Assembly (NCBI GenBank): GCA_046597055.1
Contig: JBKJLC010000276.1
Span: 1 to 32,865 of the forward strand
Reading direction: 5' to 3'
Length of the DNA: 32,865 bases
DNA from: Kofleriaceae bacterium
GTDB taxonomy: Bacteria > Myxococcota_A > Polyangia > Haliangiales > Haliangiaceae
This document shows positions 26,992 through 32,865 of this stretch, piece after piece (within the stretch, counting starts at the first letter, position 1; each line of letters begins with the position of its first letter). A program made the position numbers and the translations under genes. The notes under the pieces were generated by a model. The model did no database searches, was not told where the DNA came from, and was given only the letters and a program-made list of their open reading frames with translations.

Positions 26992-28004
26992 TCACAGATC
27001 GGCGGCGACGCCCTGCCGCAGATACTTCACCGTGTCGTGAAGTGTGAGCGCCGGATCGCGGGCCTCGAAGCCCAGCTCGCGCTCGGCCTTCGCCGAGTCG
27101 AACCACCAGTAGTGCTGGCTCATCTCGACCGAGATCCGATCGACCGGCGGCGCCTTGCCGCGCCAGCGGTAGACCTGCTCGACCGCCGACGCGCCCCAGC
27201 GCGCGAGCGCCGGCGGCAGCGCCATCCGCGGCGCCCGCACCTTGGACGTGCGCGACAGCCGGCCGAAGAACTCGGTGACCGTCCAGTTGGGCCCGCCCAG
27301 CAGATAGCGCTCGCCGGAGCGGCCCCGCACCAGCGCGTTCGCGGTCGCCGCGGCGACGTCGCGGACGTCGACGAAGTTGACGCCACCCACCGGCACCGCC
27401 GGGATCTGTCCGCGCAGGAAGCGCAGGACGTCCCCGGTCGACGACAGCCGGCGGTCGCCGGGCCCGAGCAGGAGGCTCGGGTTGACCGCGACCACCTCGA
27501 TGCCGAGCTTCTTGCCGAGATCGAAGGCGAGCCGCTCCTGGTAGATCTTGGAGGCGTAGTACGGCCAGCCGGTGACCAGCGCCTCGGTCGGACCCGAGGT
27601 CTCATCGAGAATGGCCTCGTCGGCCGACACCGCCAGGGTACCCGAGGTCGATGCCAGCACCAGCCGCGGCACCTGGTGGCGGCCCATCGCCTGGATCACC
27701 TCGCGGGTGCCCTCGACGTGCAGCCGCATCATCCGGCTGGTGTCATCGGGATCGCGCGAGACCATGCCGGCGAGGTGGAACACCGCGGTGCAGCCGGGCA
27801 TCGCGACGTCGAGGTCGGCGGCCGACAGCACGTCGCCGCGGTGGATGGTGCAGCCGAGGTCGGCGAGGTAGTCGGAGCGGGTCCGGGCCAGCGCCCGCAC
27901 CTGGTAGCCACGCGCGAGCAGCTCGGCGCACAGGTGCTCGCCGAGGAAGCCGGTGGCGCCGGTCACCAGCACCGGGCCCGCGGCACCGTCGACAGGACGC
28001 GTGG

Positions 28005-28008
<4 letters not shown>
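26992..28008 (-). CDS. elbE: NAD-dependent epimerase/dehydratase (extended SDR), ElbE-like (338 aa)
   Basis: ATG 28008 in ATGA overlap; [22 protein letters not shown]; directly downstream of the elbD-like gene as in Myxococcus xanthus. Confidence 0.75.
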
Positions 28009-32657
<4,649 letters not shown>

Positions 32658-32692
32658 GCTGTCGTGCAGTCCCTGGGGTTCCGGCGGCCGGC

Positions 32693-32865
32693 TCAGACCA
32701 CGTCGCTGATGACGACCGGCGGGTGGTGCAGCATCGTGATCTGGGCCGAGCGGCCCATGGTGCCCTGCGCCATCGACACCGCCTCGGCCAGGCTATCGGC
32801 GGTCTCCCAGCCGAGCAGCTCGGGCACGGTCGCGTTGTCGGCACCGACGACGATCACGCGCGAGA
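32693..32865 (-). CDS. Partial CDS (C-terminus only), probably the ElbC-like / LarA(DUF2088)-like protein upstream of elbD
   Basis: Manual translation: ...[56 protein letters not shown]; not in the ORF track; identity inferred mainly from position. Confidence 0.55.
   Translation of the reverse strand, partial: SRVIVVGADNATVPELLGWETADSLAEAVSMAQGTMGRSAQITMLHHPPVVISDVV

Overview
Very GC-rich bacterial DNA. Gene content (ElbD-type ether-lipid enzyme, Hanks-type Ser/Thr kinase, Cys/Gly-rich lipoproteins, STAS-Zn-ribbon protein) points to Myxococcota. Four blocks can be read. (1) 309-8776: a translationally coupled minus-strand operon of RsbW-like kinase, STAS/Zn-ribbon protein, PhnD-like binding protein, a TonB-dependent receptor fused to an N-terminal ABC-type substrate-binding domain, and a lipoprotein with only the 5'-nucleotidase C-terminal domain. 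It is divergent from a membrane HAMP-SpoIIE phosphatase. This looks like a trans-envelope partner-switching signalling system and is the best candidate for an undescribed system. (2) 8856-18205: sucA-sucB plus a small lipoprotein, a Cys/Gly-rich surface lipoprotein, an L-domain-like lipoprotein, pdxJ and a TPR/PEGA-like protein. (3) 18377-25229: a plus-strand operon of processive GT2 synthase, single receiver, giant membrane-anchored HEAT-repeat protein and TPR/YaiO-like outer-membrane barrel, a candidate phospho-regulated exopolysaccharide system that may have been inserted here. (4) 25302-32865: a Ser/Thr kinase and the 3' part of an elb-type ether-lipid cluster. Several operon-leading genes have a -10-like hexamer 6-9 nt before the start codon, suggesting leaderless or near-leaderless mRNAs. 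No rRNA, tRNA, CRISPR or transposase was recognised. All family calls are by motif recognition; no searches were run.
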